64,000 bases of DNA from a bacterium (GTDB lineage: Bacteria; Patescibacteriota; Minisyncoccia; Phycocordibacterales; UBA5272). This document shows, piece by piece, positions 62,113 to 64,000 of the stretch. The DNA lies in contig JAIXVU010000003.1 in the NCBI GenBank assembly GCA_027482685.1, positions 38,065 to 102,064 of the forward strand. The letters run 5' to 3'. A program made the translations under genes and the position numbers. Position 1 is the first letter of the stretch. The number at the start of each line of letters is the position of its first letter. Below the pieces are notes generated by a model that worked only from the letters and a program-made list of their open reading frames with translations, had not been told where the DNA came from and made no database searches.

Positions 62113-62374
62113 AGAGATAGTAATTAGTTATTGATAATTAGTTATTCGTAAATGCAGTGTGCAAAAAAATAACATCAAGTTACAGAATTGTAACAAAAAA
62201 GACTCAATTTTTCAATCTCTCTCTATATATATAGAACGGATGAGAGAATATATTTGTAAATAAGAAGCAGGTATAAAGTTAAGAATAATCTCAAAAGGGA
62301 TTCTATATAAATTGACGCATTAAATATATTATTGTAGTGTATATCTACTAGTAGTTCTTTTTTGGAGAAATCAA

Positions 62375-62878
62375 ATGAACAAAGTGAACGAAAATCATGC
62401 TGCTGATTGGAGTCGTGAGCACATCATCGACTGGAATCCTGGTAAAAAACTAGTCAGGAGCATCCGTGACTATCAATCGGCAAAAGGACTCTTCAAGACA
62501 GTCAAACGTAAATGGGCTGTACTGCGTCACCGTTTCTGGTCAGCGGTGTCGGGCGCTGATATTCCGCTTAACTCCAGACTTGGCGGCGGGTTCCTTCTCG
62601 GACATGCAACAGGGGTTGTCATCCACCCTGATTGCAAGATCGGAAAGAACTGCCTCGTACAATCTTGTGTCACCATCGGAGTTAACGGCTCCGAGGATGG
62701 ACTTCCCACTATCGGTGACAACGTTGAAATTGGAACGGGGGCAAAAATCTTGGGAGGGGTAACTATTGGAGATGGGGCGCGAATCGGCGCAAATGCAGTT
62801 GTGCTCCAGGATGTGCCTCCGGGGTATACGGCTGTTGGCGTACCAGCCCGCCTCATGCCACCAAAAGAAAAAAAGTAA
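62375..62878 (+). CDS. Hexapeptide-repeat acetyltransferase (CysE/WcaB-like)
   Basis: [36 protein letters not shown]. Confidence 0.88.
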   Translation: MNKVNENHAADWSREHIIDWNPGKKLVRSIRDYQSAKGLFKTVKRKWAVLRHRFWSAVSGADIPLNSRLGGGFLLGHATGVVIHPDCKIGKNCLVQSCVTIGVNGSEDGLPTIGDNVEIGTGAKILGGVTIGDGARIGANAVVLQDVPPGYTAVGVPARLMPPKEKK

Positions 62879-62998
62879 GACCCTGAAAAGCGGATGAACA
62901 TCCGCTTTTTTATTTGACTAATATAATTTTATATTTTAGTGTACTAAAAGGTCCTTGGACGGATGTATCAAGGAATGTGTACATAACCAGGAGTTGTC

Positions 62999-63727
62999 AT
63001 GAATGATCCGTTCTTCTCATTTGATAAGGTGTATATCATTAACCTCAAGGAAAGAAATGATAGAAGGGAGGAGATTGAAGCGCAATTACGACGCATTGGA
63101 ACGAGTCTTGACTCCCCGAAAATCACTCTCTTTGAAGCAATTAAACCCAATTCAAAAGAAGGTTTTTCCACCATTGGAGCAAGAGGTTGTTTTTTGAGTC
63201 ATCTTGGAGTTCTCACTGATGCGAGTCGGCAAGGGTATCAGTCTATTCTCATCCTTGAAGATGATGTAGACTTTATACCAAACTTTACGATTCACGCAAC
63301 AGGGGTATTCTCAGAACTTCAGACAAAAAAGTGGTCTCTTTTCTACGGAGGGTACAGACTATTCGGTGGTTTGGGAATGGATACCTCGGAAATACTCTTT
63401 GATACCCCGCCAGATATTAGCATTGAGCTTGCACATTTTGTTGCATTTAATGGTCAAGCAATTAGCGAGACTGTGACGTATCTTGAGGCAATGCTTCGCA
63501 GGTCTCCAGGTAGCCCAGACGGCGGGCCGATGCACGTTGATGGAGCGTATAACTGGTTTCGGGTTAGTCATCCGAATCGATACACCTTCATTAGCACAAT
63601 GCAGCTAGGCGTCCAGAGGAGTTCGAGAACCGATATTCATGAGTTGAATTGGGTTGACAAAACAATGGGGGTGCGCAGAGTTATTTCGTGGTTGAGAAAA
63701 ATCAAAAACCATTTGAGATTCATATAA
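62999..63727 (+). CDS. Glycosyltransferase family 25-like protein
   Basis: YIINLKERNDRR, GCFLSH, ILEDD. Confidence 0.88.
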   Translation: MNDPFFSFDKVYIINLKERNDRREEIEAQLRRIGTSLDSPKITLFEAIKPNSKEGFSTIGARGCFLSHLGVLTDASRQGYQSILILEDDVDFIPNFTIHATGVFSELQTKKWSLFYGGYRLFGGLGMDTSEILFDTPPDISIELAHFVAFNGQAISETVTYLEAMLRRSPGSPDGGPMHVDGAYNWFRVSHPNRYTFISTMQLGVQRSSRTDIHELNWVDKTMGVRRVISWLRKIKNHLRFI

Positions 63728-63822
63728 CCGGGTCAGAGTAACAAAAAACTTCCCACAATTCGATACAGATGCCACAAGCGAAGTTCACACTTCGCTTGTT
63801 TCTTTATATGTTAGATATATAG

Positions 63823-64000
63823 CTAATGAACTGTCGGTTCATTATTTTTTCTTGCGAGATACACAGCATAGTCAGATTCTGAGATTCCAAAGATATTCAT
63901 CTTTTGAATATGCTCACGCAATTCATTCTGAAGCGATTCACGTAAACTAACCTCAGCGTTCGCAAAATCTGACTCGAGCTTTTGTCGTTTACTGCAAAGT
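63823..64000 (-). CDS. 3' end of a hypothetical gene running off the window
   Basis: Open frame LCSKRQKLESDFANAEVSLRE...EPTVH* on the minus strand. Confidence 0.55.
   Translation of the reverse strand, partial: LCSKRQKLESDFANAEVSLRESLQNELREHIQKMNIFGISESDYAVYLARKNNEPTVH

Overview
AT-rich chromosomal window whose gene content points to a Patescibacteria/CPR (Parcubacteria-like) bacterium: no rpmD, tRNA-Arg(UCG), RNase Y, a VirD4-like ATPase and core genes without Shine-Dalgarno sites. It carries nusA-ppa-tig, clpP-rny, HU, four tRNAs, cca, recJ, an AlkB/LexA/Y-family polymerase cassette, a split ComEC, and a str-S10-spc ribosomal cluster broken by six insertions, then secY-adk-map and efp. parS-like sites and DnaA boxes suggest the origin is close. 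The most unusual signal is non-coding. (i) Arrays behind tRNA-Gly, -Pro and -Arg contain shared structured cores bracketed by alternating inverted copies of each tRNA's own 3' end. (ii) About seven nested hairpins at gene 3' ends have conserved internal-loop modules, while their outer stems copy the local flank. Both suggest an uncharacterised repeat-spreading mechanism that adapts to its target. All calls are by eye, without database searches.
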